Part shown: positions 1-8,503 of the stretch, in pieces
Numbering within the stretch: the stretch's first letter is position 1
Layout: every line of letters begins with the position of its first letter
Source of the DNA: Opitutales bacterium
GTDB lineage: Bacteria > Verrucomicrobiota > Verrucomicrobiia > Opitutales > UBA9783
Direction of reading: 5' to 3'
DNA length: 49,682 nt
NCBI GenBank assembly: GCA_016286235.1
Contig: JAEESJ010000030.1
Coordinates: 1-49,682, forward strand
The notes under the pieces: generated by a model
Told to the model about the DNA's origin: nothing
Seen by the model: only the letters and a program-made list of their open reading frames with translations
Databases searched by the model: none
Position numbers and translations under genes: made by a program

Positions 1-77
1 ACAAAAAACATTTTTTGATTTTTTTAATAAAGCGGGAACGGGAATGCATTTTTTCCGCTTTGAAAGCGCTTTGCGCA

Positions 78-857
78 TCATCGATACGTCAACGCCAGGG
101 CTTCGACAATTTTATCCCAGCCGTCAACCAGCACAAACAGCATCAGTTTGAAGGGAAGCGAAATGGTCATCGGCGAAACCATCATCATGCCCATGGCGAG
201 CAGAATGTTCGAAACCACCAAATCGATGACGATAAACGGCAAATAAATCAGAAAGCCGATTTCGAATGCCGCGGTCAGTTCGGACAAAACGAACGACGGA
301 ACGATAAGCAATAAACTTGAATCGTCCAAGTCCTCCAAATAGGCTTTCGGCCACAATTTCTTGGCGATGGATTTGAAAAATGCGCTGTGTTTCGGGGTTG
401 AATGTTTGGTTAAGAAGTCCGTCAGCGGTTGTTTGACGTAATTAAAAATTGCCCCCAATTCGTCCGCTTTGTTTCGAACCGTTTGTACGGGCTGTAATAA
501 ATTGGCAAGCCAATCGGAACTTTGCTTTTTTGCGAACGGTTGCATGGGCGGCGGCAGTTTGAAGGTATCGGGATGTGCTTTTCGATCTTCCAGTGCCGTA
601 TTGGCTTCGGTCACGCGTTGAATGCTTTCCTGTAACGTCGGCGCCATGATGTAAATCGTCAAAACAATCGCCAAGCCGTTGATGACCATATTCGGCGGCA
701 CCTGTTGCAATCCCATTGCCTGGCGCAACAAGTTCATCACCACCACCAGTTTGATGAAGGACGTAACCATCATCGCAACGAACGGCACGAGTGCCAACGT
801 TACGAGCAGGATCATGATCCCGGCGGGATCGTAAATGAAAGGTCCGGTATCCGGCAT
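78..857 (-). CDS. sctR: T3SS export apparatus protein SctR (YscR/FliP family)
   Basis: Motifs TSFIKLVVVMNLLRQAMGLQQVPPNMVINGLA, SELTAAFEIGFLIYLPFIVIDLVVSNILLAMGMMMVSP and SLPFKLMLFVLVDGW; last gene of the T3SS operon in the window. Confidence 0.96.
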   Translation of the reverse strand: MPDTGPFIYDPAGIMILLVTLALVPFVAMMVTSFIKLVVVMNLLRQAMGLQQVPPNMVINGLAIVLTIYIMAPTLQESIQRVTEANTALEDRKAHPDTFKLPPPMQPFAKKQSSDWLANLLQPVQTVRNKADELGAIFNYVKQPLTDFLTKHSTPKHSAFFKSIAKKLWPKAYLEDLDDSSLLLIVPSFVLSELTAAFEIGFLIYLPFIVIDLVVSNILLAMGMMMVSPMTISLPFKLMLFVLVDGWDKIVEALALTYR

Positions 858-886
858 GGGAAGCGGCTTTGCTGTTTAAAATAGCA

Positions 887-1933
887 TTATTTGAGGGATA
901 AGTGCGTGACGCGAACGCCGAGGCGGTCGTTGATTTGAACCCATTCGCCCTGACCGATGCAATGCCCGTTTGCCAGAATTTGCACTTGTTCGTCGGGCTT
1001 TTGATCCAATTCAAACGTGTAACCTTCGTGCAACTGTTGCAGTTGTTCGAAGGTAATTTCCTTTTTGCCCGCTTCGAAGGTGACAACCACAGGTAATTGT
1101 TCCATCGGGAACGCGGTTTTTTCGGGTTCCGCCGATCCTTCGGTAAGCGCATTATCACCTTCGAGCTCGGATAATTCGGCATCGTCGTCGGGCATGACTC
1201 CGACGGGTAAATCATGATTTTCTTCTTCCATAAGCAAACCGGTAACGCAAAATTGTTGTTCCTTCTTTTCGGCAAAAAACACGGCTTTTCCGCAGTAAAA
1301 TTTCACGCGATCGCGCGGTGTTTGCGACAGGATAATGTCGCCGACACACAGCGATTTGACTTCCTCAATCGTCAAACGCGCCTGCCCCGTCAATAAGCGG
1401 AACGGGAACATGCAGGCATTTCCGCTTAAGCCTTCGGTCGAACCGTTCTTTTGGTAAATCTTCTCCATCAGTTGCGGAGCAGCATTGTCGCCGTCTTCGA
1501 TAATATAGAGGCGGTAAAGGTTCTTTTCGGCGTTGCTCCAATCAAAGTAGAGCGTATTCGGAATGGTTTGAATGCTCCAATGGCTTTCGCGAATTTTGAG
1601 GGTTTCGTGGAATTGCGCAAAAATTCCGCAAATATCTTCGCGAAGCGTTTCCAGAAATAAATTTAGAAATTCCTTTCCGAGCGCGTTGATATCCAGACCC
1701 GCCAAATCGGGTTCCAGAAATTCACACAAACCTTGTTCGGGGGCGAAGAAGTAGACGGTTTTTTCTCTCCAGATATAACTCAATACCGCGCCGCGCGTGA
1801 ACGTTTGACAGCCGCCGATTTTGAAAAAACATTCATTGTCCCGATACGTGAACGGCAACGGTTCACGCCAGATGTTTCCCAGATGTACGTAAGCTGGTGG
1901 CAGCGAAATACTCGGTTTGAAGCGTTCCGTCAT
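887..1933 (-). CDS. sctQ: T3SS cytoplasmic ring/sorting platform protein SctQ (YscQ, FliM/N SpoA domains)
   Basis: C-terminal SpoA domain (LPVVVTFEAG...ANGHCIGQGEWVQINDRLGVRV), an upstream SpoA-like segment (RLTIEEVKSLCVGDII), position between sctP and sctR, GAGGAGG RBS. Confidence 0.92.
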   Translation of the reverse strand: MTERFKPSISLPPAYVHLGNIWREPLPFTYRDNECFFKIGGCQTFTRGAVLSYIWREKTVYFFAPEQGLCEFLEPDLAGLDINALGKEFLNLFLETLREDICGIFAQFHETLKIRESHWSIQTIPNTLYFDWSNAEKNLYRLYIIEDGDNAAPQLMEKIYQKNGSTEGLSGNACMFPFRLLTGQARLTIEEVKSLCVGDIILSQTPRDRVKFYCGKAVFFAEKKEQQFCVTGLLMEEENHDLPVGVMPDDDAELSELEGDNALTEGSAEPEKTAFPMEQLPVVVTFEAGKKEITFEQLQQLHEGYTFELDQKPDEQVQILANGHCIGQGEWVQINDRLGVRVTHLSLK

Positions 1934-3198
1934 GTTGTTTCCTCCTCATCTGTCGCTTGGTAATCGAAGCGGTTGCGCGAGCGTCCGTCGTGCGGTTGTG
2001 CAAGTTCCGACGAAGCCTGCGAGGACGAAACCCGCACCGAAATTGCGCGGTACGTTTTTAATTCTCCCTGTAAATACGTTTGTAAGTCCGATTGGTGCTG
2101 TTGCAGAAATTGAATGCTGTCTTTATTTTGCGAAATCAGCCGTATATCCAGCGAAGTGCCGTTCTGTATGAATTGCACCTCAGTGTTCTGCAACAGCCGC
2201 GGCGACAGCTGAACCGTCACGGTTTGTTGCGTGTTGAGCGCGCTCGAAGAAACCAAAATCCGATCGATGATGTGATCGCGTATTTGTTGTGCGATGAGTA
2301 TTGCGTGTGACTTCGATGTCTGCGCGGCGGTCGGAGCCTGCACGGGAGCGATGATTTCGTTCGCCGTCCGTAAAAACGGAATGGTGTCGATGACGGCGGT
2401 TCTTTGAGGTTCGGAAGTATTTTCGGGTGAACGCTCCTGTTTTGCCTTTTCCGCCGCAGGTACCGCAGTCGGAGTGCCGTTTTTGGCTTTTGAAGGAGGT
2501 TTTTGTGCCGAACAGGTTGCATCAAAATTCGAAATTTCCGTTTGGTGAGTGTTCGAACCGTTCCCGGACGGATGGGCAACGTTCGATTCTCCCGTTCCAA
2601 CAAAAGGGATTTTCGAAGTTGTTTTCGAAACGTCTGTTGAAACCGACGGTACCGATAATTTCCGAAGAAGCGTCGTTGGACTTTTGAGTGTCAGTGACGG
2701 TTTCGGATGGGCAGAGAATGATTTTGGCGACGTTTTTTCGGTGCCGTGAACGTCGTTTGTCTGTTTTTCGGGAGGTGTATGATCGAGCAAAGTATCTTGC
2801 GATGTCGTTCCCGCACTTTTTAATGTTTCGCGAAACATCATCGGTTCCGAAACGTTCGCGGCATCGTTTGTGTTTTTAAATGTTTTCGAGGGAGCGATTG
2901 GAGTTTTTGTATCGAATGTCACCGCGGTTTTTGCATGAAAAGATTGATGTGGATTGGAAATGTTTGGTTTAGAAGATGAAGCGGATTTATCATCTGCGTT
3001 TGTCGAAAATCCCGTAGCACTTTTTCCCTCTTCTTTTGACGACGTTTGTAATTGCTTCCGAAATTGGGCGACGTTTTCCGGGTCGATCGATAAATGTTTA
3101 ACATCGGTAGCAATGTTTCCATCCGCATCGGACGTGGCGGTCAACGCAATATCAGATTTGAGGACGGTACCCGTTTCAATCGAAAGACCTTTATCCAT
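1930..3198 (-). CDS. sctP: T3SS needle-length ruler SctP (YscP/FliK-like C-terminal domain)
   Basis: Long S/T/P/K-rich low-complexity region, then a T3S4-like domain (VTVQLSPRLLQNTEVQF...LDIRL...FLQQHQSDLQTYL) and GRSRNRF tail; located between sctO and sctQ. Confidence 0.82.
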   Translation of the reverse strand: MDKGLSIETGTVLKSDIALTATSDADGNIATDVKHLSIDPENVAQFRKQLQTSSKEEGKSATGFSTNADDKSASSSKPNISNPHQSFHAKTAVTFDTKTPIAPSKTFKNTNDAANVSEPMMFRETLKSAGTTSQDTLLDHTPPEKQTNDVHGTEKTSPKSFSAHPKPSLTLKSPTTLLRKLSVPSVSTDVSKTTSKIPFVGTGESNVAHPSGNGSNTHQTEISNFDATCSAQKPPSKAKNGTPTAVPAAEKAKQERSPENTSEPQRTAVIDTIPFLRTANEIIAPVQAPTAAQTSKSHAILIAQQIRDHIIDRILVSSSALNTQQTVTVQLSPRLLQNTEVQFIQNGTSLDIRLISQNKDSIQFLQQHQSDLQTYLQGELKTYRAISVRVSSSQASSELAQPHDGRSRNRFDYQATDEEETT

Positions 3199-3673
3199 GA
3201 TGCGCCTTTGTTTTAAAATCTTCCAATTCCTTGTCCTGCGTAAATTCGTCCAAACGCCGCATGTCTTCCTTCCAAATTTTCTTGTGCTCTTCGATCTTGT
3301 CCATTTCCTTCCAGGCCTGTCTCAACGCCTGCGCGCATTCCCGAACCGTCTCATGCGCCTCGTTGCATTTATTATGAGCTTTTTCGACCTCAACGGCAAG
3401 TTTCATTTGATGCTCGTCCAGCTTGCCGAGCTTGAAAGCGATAATGTCCATGTAATTGCGCCTGAACTTAACCTTTTCAAGTGCCAGTTCGTAAATTCTT
3501 TGAATAAACTTCGGCTTTTTTTGAATAAAATCCGCCTCTTTATCCTGCTGTTCCTTCAGAAATTGTTCCGCTTCGCGCAATGCCTGTTTAGCTTTAAGCA
3601 GTGCCGTTTCGGCGGCATCCTTGCGACGATCGCGAATGCGCAAAATATCCTGCAATTCGTATTTGGCGCTCAT
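3191..3673 (-). CDS. sctO: T3SS stalk protein SctO (YscO/CdsO-like coiled coil)
   Basis: 160-aa charged coiled coil immediately after the ATPase; [13 protein letters not shown] and KIEEHKKIW patterns are typical of SctO/CdsO. Confidence 0.85.
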   Translation of the reverse strand: MSAKYELQDILRIRDRRKDAAETALLKAKQALREAEQFLKEQQDKEADFIQKKPKFIQRIYELALEKVKFRRNYMDIIAFKLGKLDEHQMKLAVEVEKAHNKCNEAHETVRECAQALRQAWKEMDKIEEHKKIWKEDMRRLDEFTQDKELEDFKTKAHHG

Positions 3674-4995
3674 GCATTGACGATTTGGATCATGCGTTCG
3701 ATCGTCTCTTTAAAGGAGATTTTTTCCGACAAGCCCTGTCGCAGGAATTCGTTCAGTTGCGGCATTTTATCGATGGCTTCGTCCGTTTCGGCGTCGTTGC
3801 CCTTTTTGTATTCGCCGATGCGCAACAGCAATTCCACCTCTTGATATTTGGCAAGCAGACTTCGGAATTTTCCCGCCGCCGCTTTATGCTCCCTGTCGAT
3901 AATGGCATTCATGCAACGGCTGATGCTCGCTAAAATATCAATCGCGGGGTAATGGTTCGCGGACGCCAGTTTGCGCGAAAGGATAATATGCCCGTCCAGG
4001 ATGGAGCGCGTTTCGTCTGCGATCGGTTCCGTCATGTCGTCGCCTTCCACCAGGATTGTATATAACGCGGTAATGGAGCCTTTCTCCGATTGACCTGCGC
4101 GTTCCATCAGTTTCGGCAAGGTTGCAAACACCGACGGCGGAAAGCCGCGTCGCGTCGGCGGTTCTCCCGCCGCAAGTCCGATTTCGCGCTGTGCACGTCC
4201 GAAACGCGTTACGCTGTCCATTAAGAGAAGAACTTTCTTCCCTTTATCTCGAAAATACTCGGCAACGCTGGTGGCAACATAAGCGGCTTTCAGACGTTCC
4301 GTGGAGGAACGATCCGAGGTGGCAATGACCAAAACTGAATGTTTGAGTCCTTCTTCGCCCAAATCTTTTTCGACGAACTCGCGCACTTCGCGTCCGCGTT
4401 CACCGATGAGAGCTAAGATCGTAACTTCCGCCTCGGTATTGCGGATGATTTGCGCCAACAGCGTACTTTTACCGCCGCCCGCCGCCGCAAAAATTCCCAG
4501 ACGCTGACCTTCGCCGCAAGTGAGAAGACCGTCGAGTGCGCGCAAACCGAGCGAAATCGGCGTATCAATCGGCTTTCGGGTCATGGGCGGCGGCGGATCG
4601 GCATAAACGGGATAATACGTCTCGGGTTCGAAGGAACCTTTTGTTTCAATATCACTGACGTTGCCCAAGCCGTCCAAAACCCGACCGAGCAGTCCCGGAC
4701 CTACCGGGACGCTGTGGGTACGCCCCGAAGGAATGACTTGCGTGGAAGAAGAAATGCCGTTGACTTCGCCCAAAGGCGTCAACAGAGCCGCATCCTGAAC
4801 GAAGCCGACCACTTCCGCCAATGCATTGCTTTGGTCGTTCGGATTGTGCAACGTGCACAATTCGCCGATTTTGACGCCCGGCACATAGGCTTTAATCATG
4901 CTTCCGACCACCTGCAATACTTTGCCCTTGGTGATCAACGAAGGTGTTGACTGAATGGTACGGGTAAAGAAGCCGTTCGGGAAAAGCGTGTCCAT
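3670..4995 (-). CDS. sctN: T3SS ATPase SctN (YscN-like)
   Basis: Walker [27 protein letters not shown], Walker [36 protein letters not shown]. Confidence 0.97.
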   Translation of the reverse strand: MDTLFPNGFFTRTIQSTPSLITKGKVLQVVGSMIKAYVPGVKIGELCTLHNPNDQSNALAEVVGFVQDAALLTPLGEVNGISSSTQVIPSGRTHSVPVGPGLLGRVLDGLGNVSDIETKGSFEPETYYPVYADPPPPMTRKPIDTPISLGLRALDGLLTCGEGQRLGIFAAAGGGKSTLLAQIIRNTEAEVTILALIGERGREVREFVEKDLGEEGLKHSVLVIATSDRSSTERLKAAYVATSVAEYFRDKGKKVLLLMDSVTRFGRAQREIGLAAGEPPTRRGFPPSVFATLPKLMERAGQSEKGSITALYTILVEGDDMTEPIADETRSILDGHIILSRKLASANHYPAIDILASISRCMNAIIDREHKAAAGKFRSLLAKYQEVELLLRIGEYKKGNDAETDEAIDKMPQLNEFLRQGLSEKISFKETIERMIQIVNA

Positions 4996-4999
4996 GGAA

Positions 5000-5635
5000 T
5001 TACTTCAAACTTGCCTGAACGGCTTTGATGAGGGTTTCCAACTGCAACGGAATGCTGGCATCCAAAATACCCGTTTCGGTTTCGAGAAGGCAGGAATCGA
5101 GCGGAAGTTCTTTGTCGGCAACCACTTCGATGTGTTTCAGCGACGGATGTTGCGCAATCAATTCATCCGTTTTGCCTTTGAGCAGAACCAGCTGATCGGG
5201 ATGCACCGAAATATGAAGGGTTTTCTCCTCCGACAGGGTCTTAATCGATTGTTTCACCAGCTGATACATGCGTTCTTCCGGCGGAATTTCGCCGAGAATT
5301 TTCAGAAACAGATCCTTCAATGTTTGCACGAAGGTTTGTTCGAGCAGGGAAAAATAGCGGATGCCGTTTTCCGTCATCGAAAAAATCATTTCGAGCATCT
5401 TTTGTTGACACTGCTTCTCACTCTCCGCTTGTGCATTTTTAAAGAGTTCGTCGCATTCGGCTTGAGCGTTCTCCTTCATGAGACGGATTTGAACATCGGT
5501 GTGCTCGAGGAGTTTCCGCTGCTTCTTTTGTGCAATTTCAAGAATTTCCTCCGTTTTTGCATGGAGCATGTATTCGTCGCAACGGATGATGCGATCGGCG
5601 GGACAAAATTGTTTCGAACTCTTTAAAATCAGCAT
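5000..5635 (-). CDS. sctL: T3SS stator SctL (YscL/HrpE/FliH family)
   Basis: ISVHPDQ...[33 protein letters not shown]-terminal motif; precedes sctN. Confidence 0.9.
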   Translation of the reverse strand: MLILKSSKQFCPADRIIRCDEYMLHAKTEEILEIAQKKQRKLLEHTDVQIRLMKENAQAECDELFKNAQAESEKQCQQKMLEMIFSMTENGIRYFSLLEQTFVQTLKDLFLKILGEIPPEERMYQLVKQSIKTLSEEKTLHISVHPDQLVLLKGKTDELIAQHPSLKHIEVVADKELPLDSCLLETETGILDASIPLQLETLIKAVQASLK

Positions 5636-5638
5636 ATT

Positions 5639-6277
5639 TTAGAAAACCTCCGTTTCTTTTAAAAGATGTCGGCAAACGTTAAACAGTTGCTGTTGCAGGT
5701 GCGGATCGATGACGTGGTAAAAATTCCACGTTGATCCGTTGTTAAATTTTAAAATGAGGCGTTGTATCAACGGTTCAGGTTGTTGCGTCCACAGGTATTC
5801 CGTCAAAAATTTTCCGACGGCGGGAATTCTTTGTTCCAATTCGCCGGAACAGGGCGGTACCGCGATGCTCTCCAATATCGGTGCATATAAACTGCCGCGA
5901 TGAACAATAAAATTATAGCCTTTTTCGGAAATAAGCGACAGCAAAAGCTTTTTCTTAAAATAATCGACCGTCGTTTTAACTTCGCTCAAAAAATACAACG
6001 CGCCGAGCAAATCCTTAAACGTGCTCCATTGTTGCGGTGATAAGGCTAAAAAATCGCAATACTGATGTTGTGAGAGTTCTTCCGAAAGAGGTTTTAACTT
6101 CAGATAACGGAAAAGATGCGTAAAGACTTTAAACTTCAACCGCGGATGTTGAAGTGCCGTGAAGTTGTGCAGAGCCTTCGGCAGACATTGATCCAAAAAC
6201 GACGAATGAACGGATAACCGAAAATTGCGGTCAACCGTTTGTCGTATTCGTTCCGATCGCGTTGCATCCGTTGTCAC
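5639..6277 (-). CDS. sctK: probable T3SS sorting-platform protein SctK (YscK-like)
   Basis: Size (212 aa) and position between sctJ and sctL; sequence similarity not recognisable by eye. Confidence 0.6.
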   Translation of the reverse strand: MTTDATRSERIRQTVDRNFRLSVHSSFLDQCLPKALHNFTALQHPRLKFKVFTHLFRYLKLKPLSEELSQHQYCDFLALSPQQWSTFKDLLGALYFLSEVKTTVDYFKKKLLLSLISEKGYNFIVHRGSLYAPILESIAVPPCSGELEQRIPAVGKFLTEYLWTQQPEPLIQRLILKFNNGSTWNFYHVIDPHLQQQLFNVCRHLLKETEVF

Positions 6278-7068
6278 TGTTGTTCACCGTTGTCTTTCGT
6301 TTCTTTGGCTTCGGTCGGCTGTTGTTTTCGGTTGCGGTTTAGCCAAAACAGCAATCCGCCGCCGCTTAAAATTCCGAGTGCGAAGGAAACACCCAGAAGC
6401 GTGAAGAACGGAGCAATCGAAGCAATGTTAAGTTTAATCCCGAAAATATCCTTCGTCATCGGCTTTTTCGCGTTTGCAAACGGCAGACGATCGTTGGGGT
6501 TGGAAGCGGGGAACAGCGATAAATTGACCTTATCGTACGTTAAACCTTCGATGCCGTTGGTGACCAGCTGGCGAATTTCGCGCGAGCAATCTTCCAGGTT
6601 TATTTGCGGCAGGTAAGAAATGAAGACGGAAGCGGAGGAGGGCGTAAATTTTTCCGTGTACGGATCGTTGTCGGGCAACACGATATGAACGCGCGCGGTA
6701 ACAACGCCGTGAATGTGCGTCAACGTTTCCGCGAGTTCGTCCGAAAGCGCGTGCATAAAGCGAATGCGCTCCTCCGTCGGCGACGAAACCAATCCCGACT
6801 TTTTAAAGGCTTCGCCTAATGACGAAAACGTGTCCTTCGGGTAGCCCGCTTCGTTGAGAAGCTGAACGCCCTGAGAAAATTGCGTTTTATCAACGGTCAG
6901 ATCCCATGTATTTTCCGCACCGGCCACTTTTGTACAGGCGATGTCGTTCGACAATAAAATCGCCGCCATGTCGTTGACTTCTTTTTCCGGCAAACCCTTA
7001 TATAAGATTTGTTGTCCGCACCCCGCCAACGACAGCAGGCTCAAAGAAATCAACGCGCGCTTCTTCAT
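6274..7068 (-). CDS. sctJ: T3SS inner-membrane ring lipoprotein SctJ (YscJ/HrcJ)
   Basis: Start moved to ATG 7068 (TAATG overlap with the sctI stop); lipobox LAGC, LYKGLPEKEVNDM, FKKSGLVSSPTEERIRF, GVVTARVHIVLP, PSSASVFI, C-terminal TM. Confidence 0.95.
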   Translation of the reverse strand: MKKRALISLSLLSLAGCGQQILYKGLPEKEVNDMAAILLSNDIACTKVAGAENTWDLTVDKTQFSQGVQLLNEAGYPKDTFSSLGEAFKKSGLVSSPTEERIRFMHALSDELAETLTHIHGVVTARVHIVLPDNDPYTEKFTPSSASVFISYLPQINLEDCSREIRQLVTNGIEGLTYDKVNLSLFPASNPNDRLPFANAKKPMTKDIFGIKLNIASIAPFFTLLGVSFALGILSGGGLLFWLNRNRKQQPTEAKETKDNGEQQ

Positions 7069-7490
7069 TACTGATTTCGCATTAAGGTTTGAACGCCGTT
7101 GGAAACCGAACCGGCAACTTTGCTCGTCAGTTCGTTTTGTAACTGCCACTTCATCACACCGACCTGCATTTTGACGGCATCCGCCATCGTCATGGTATCT
7201 TTGTCGTTCAGACCTTTCGTGACTTCCTGTAATGCGTGCATGGCGTTGGCGTGCGCATCCGATACCTTTTGAATGGTGTTCAAAATCGCTTCGCCGGGCG
7301 TGACCGCTCCTTCATGTACCGCGGATGGTATGCGCGGAGCGGTTTGTTCGTTGGTCGCCAACGGTTCATCGGGAAGCAGGTTCGGCAAATCGGCTTTGAT
7401 GTCATCGAGCGTACTGCCCGATTGTTGATATGCCTGCTGCGCATTGGAGTTGCCGAATGCGTTGGTTAAAATATCGCCTTCGATGGACAT
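7068..7490 (-). CDS. sctI: T3SS inner rod SctI (YscI/HrpB-like)
   Basis: C-terminal QNELTSKVAGSVSNGVQTLMRNQ inner-rod signature; directly before sctJ; strong GGAGGAG RBS. Confidence 0.88.
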   Translation of the reverse strand: MSIEGDILTNAFGNSNAQQAYQQSGSTLDDIKADLPNLLPDEPLATNEQTAPRIPSAVHEGAVTPGEAILNTIQKVSDAHANAMHALQEVTKGLNDKDTMTMADAVKMQVGVMKWQLQNELTSKVAGSVSNGVQTLMRNQ

Positions 7491-7505
7491 ACGCGTCTCC
7501 TCCCT

Positions 7506-7949
7506 TTAATTGGCAACCTTTTGGCACTGCTCCGCCTGCAATTTATGCAGCGACAGCGTTTTTTTGCAGGTTTCCAAAATCCCTTGCGCAATGGAACGCG
7601 TGTCGTTGTCCTTGCAGTTTTTCAGAATGTGCTTCGACAAACTGACGGCTTCGTCATCCGCTTTGCCCATCCTGAGCGCAATCGCCAGGAAACCTTTGAC
7701 CGTTTCGTTATTCGGGTCTTCTTTGAGACACGCCATCAGCATTTTATTGGCATCCGTAACATGACACATCATCAGTTCTCCCATCGCCTGCGCAATTTTG
7801 GAATTGATGTTGTGCGGACGTGCTTCGACGAGTGCGGAGAAAATTTCCTGCGCTTCCTTAAAACGTCCGCGTTCAATACCGACAAATGCCACATTGGCAA
7901 GTAATTCCAGCAATTCGCCCGGGAATGTTTTTTTAAGTTCTTTGTCCAT
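7506..7949 (-). CDS. TPR-like needle co-chaperone (YscG/CdsG/SsaH-like)
   Basis: TPR-like helical repeats (LLANVAFVGIERGRFKEAQEIFSALVEARP); follows the needle gene as YscG/CdsG do. Confidence 0.72.
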   Translation of the reverse strand: MDKELKKTFPGELLELLANVAFVGIERGRFKEAQEIFSALVEARPHNINSKIAQAMGELMMCHVTDANKMLMACLKEDPNNETVKGFLAIALRMGKADDEAVSLSKHILKNCKDNDTRSIAQGILETCKKTLSLHKLQAEQCQKVAN

Positions 7950-7956
7950 GATTCAA

Positions 7957-8283
7957 TTACCTCCCGACGTTTTGAATGGTATTTTTCAGACCCGAAGCGA
8001 TACCCGAAGCAAAGTTGGACAGCAGTTGCGATGCCAGTTGCCAACGCGACAGGTTCACTTGTGCCTGCAAAAGACGGCTTTGATCCAACTGACCGGGATC
8101 GATTTTCGACAAATCGGTCAATTCCTTGTTAATGGCCGCTTCGCCTTTCGACAATAAGCCTCCGATATTGTTGAAGACCTTATCGAGGTTTGCGACATCG
8201 CTCAGTTGCCATGCGCCTTCGTAAAACAGGTAGTTATTCCCTGATTGTTCGGGCGCGATATCCGGCATGGGTACGTCAGGCAT
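7957..8283 (-). CDS. sctF: T3SS needle subunit SctF (YscF/CdsF-like) with N-terminal extension
   Basis: Helix-turn(DPGQLD)-helix with LLQAQVNLSRWQLASQLLSN...LKNTIQNV needle C-terminus; lies between E- and G-type chaperones. Confidence 0.85.
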   Translation of the reverse strand: MPDVPMPDIAPEQSGNNYLFYEGAWQLSDVANLDKVFNNIGGLLSKGEAAINKELTDLSKIDPGQLDQSRLLQAQVNLSRWQLASQLLSNFASGIASGLKNTIQNVGR

Positions 8284-8284
8284 A

Positions 8285-8497
8285 TTATGCTTCCTCCGTT
8301 GTTAAAATGGTTTGCGCGTGTGTAACGGCTCGCAGAATGTGCGACAGTACGGATTTCAGGTTTTCCGGAACCGCCGCACCCGCCAGTTGTCGCTGATAAC
8401 GCGCCAGGGTATCCGACAACTGCCGACGATAATGACCGCCATGGTCGCTTTTCAATTCGCGCGACATGTCGGTCAGGTGAAGATTGGGTGTATTCAT
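8285..8497 (-). CDS. needle co-chaperone (YscE/EscE/SsaE-like)
   Basis: 70-aa helical hairpin LTDMSRELKSDHGGHYRRQL...AVTHAQTIL; position between sctD and sctF. Confidence 0.7.
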   Translation of the reverse strand: MNTPNLHLTDMSRELKSDHGGHYRRQLSDTLARYQRQLAGAAVPENLKSVLSHILRAVTHAQTILTTEEA

Positions 8498-8503
8498 AAA
8501 GTT

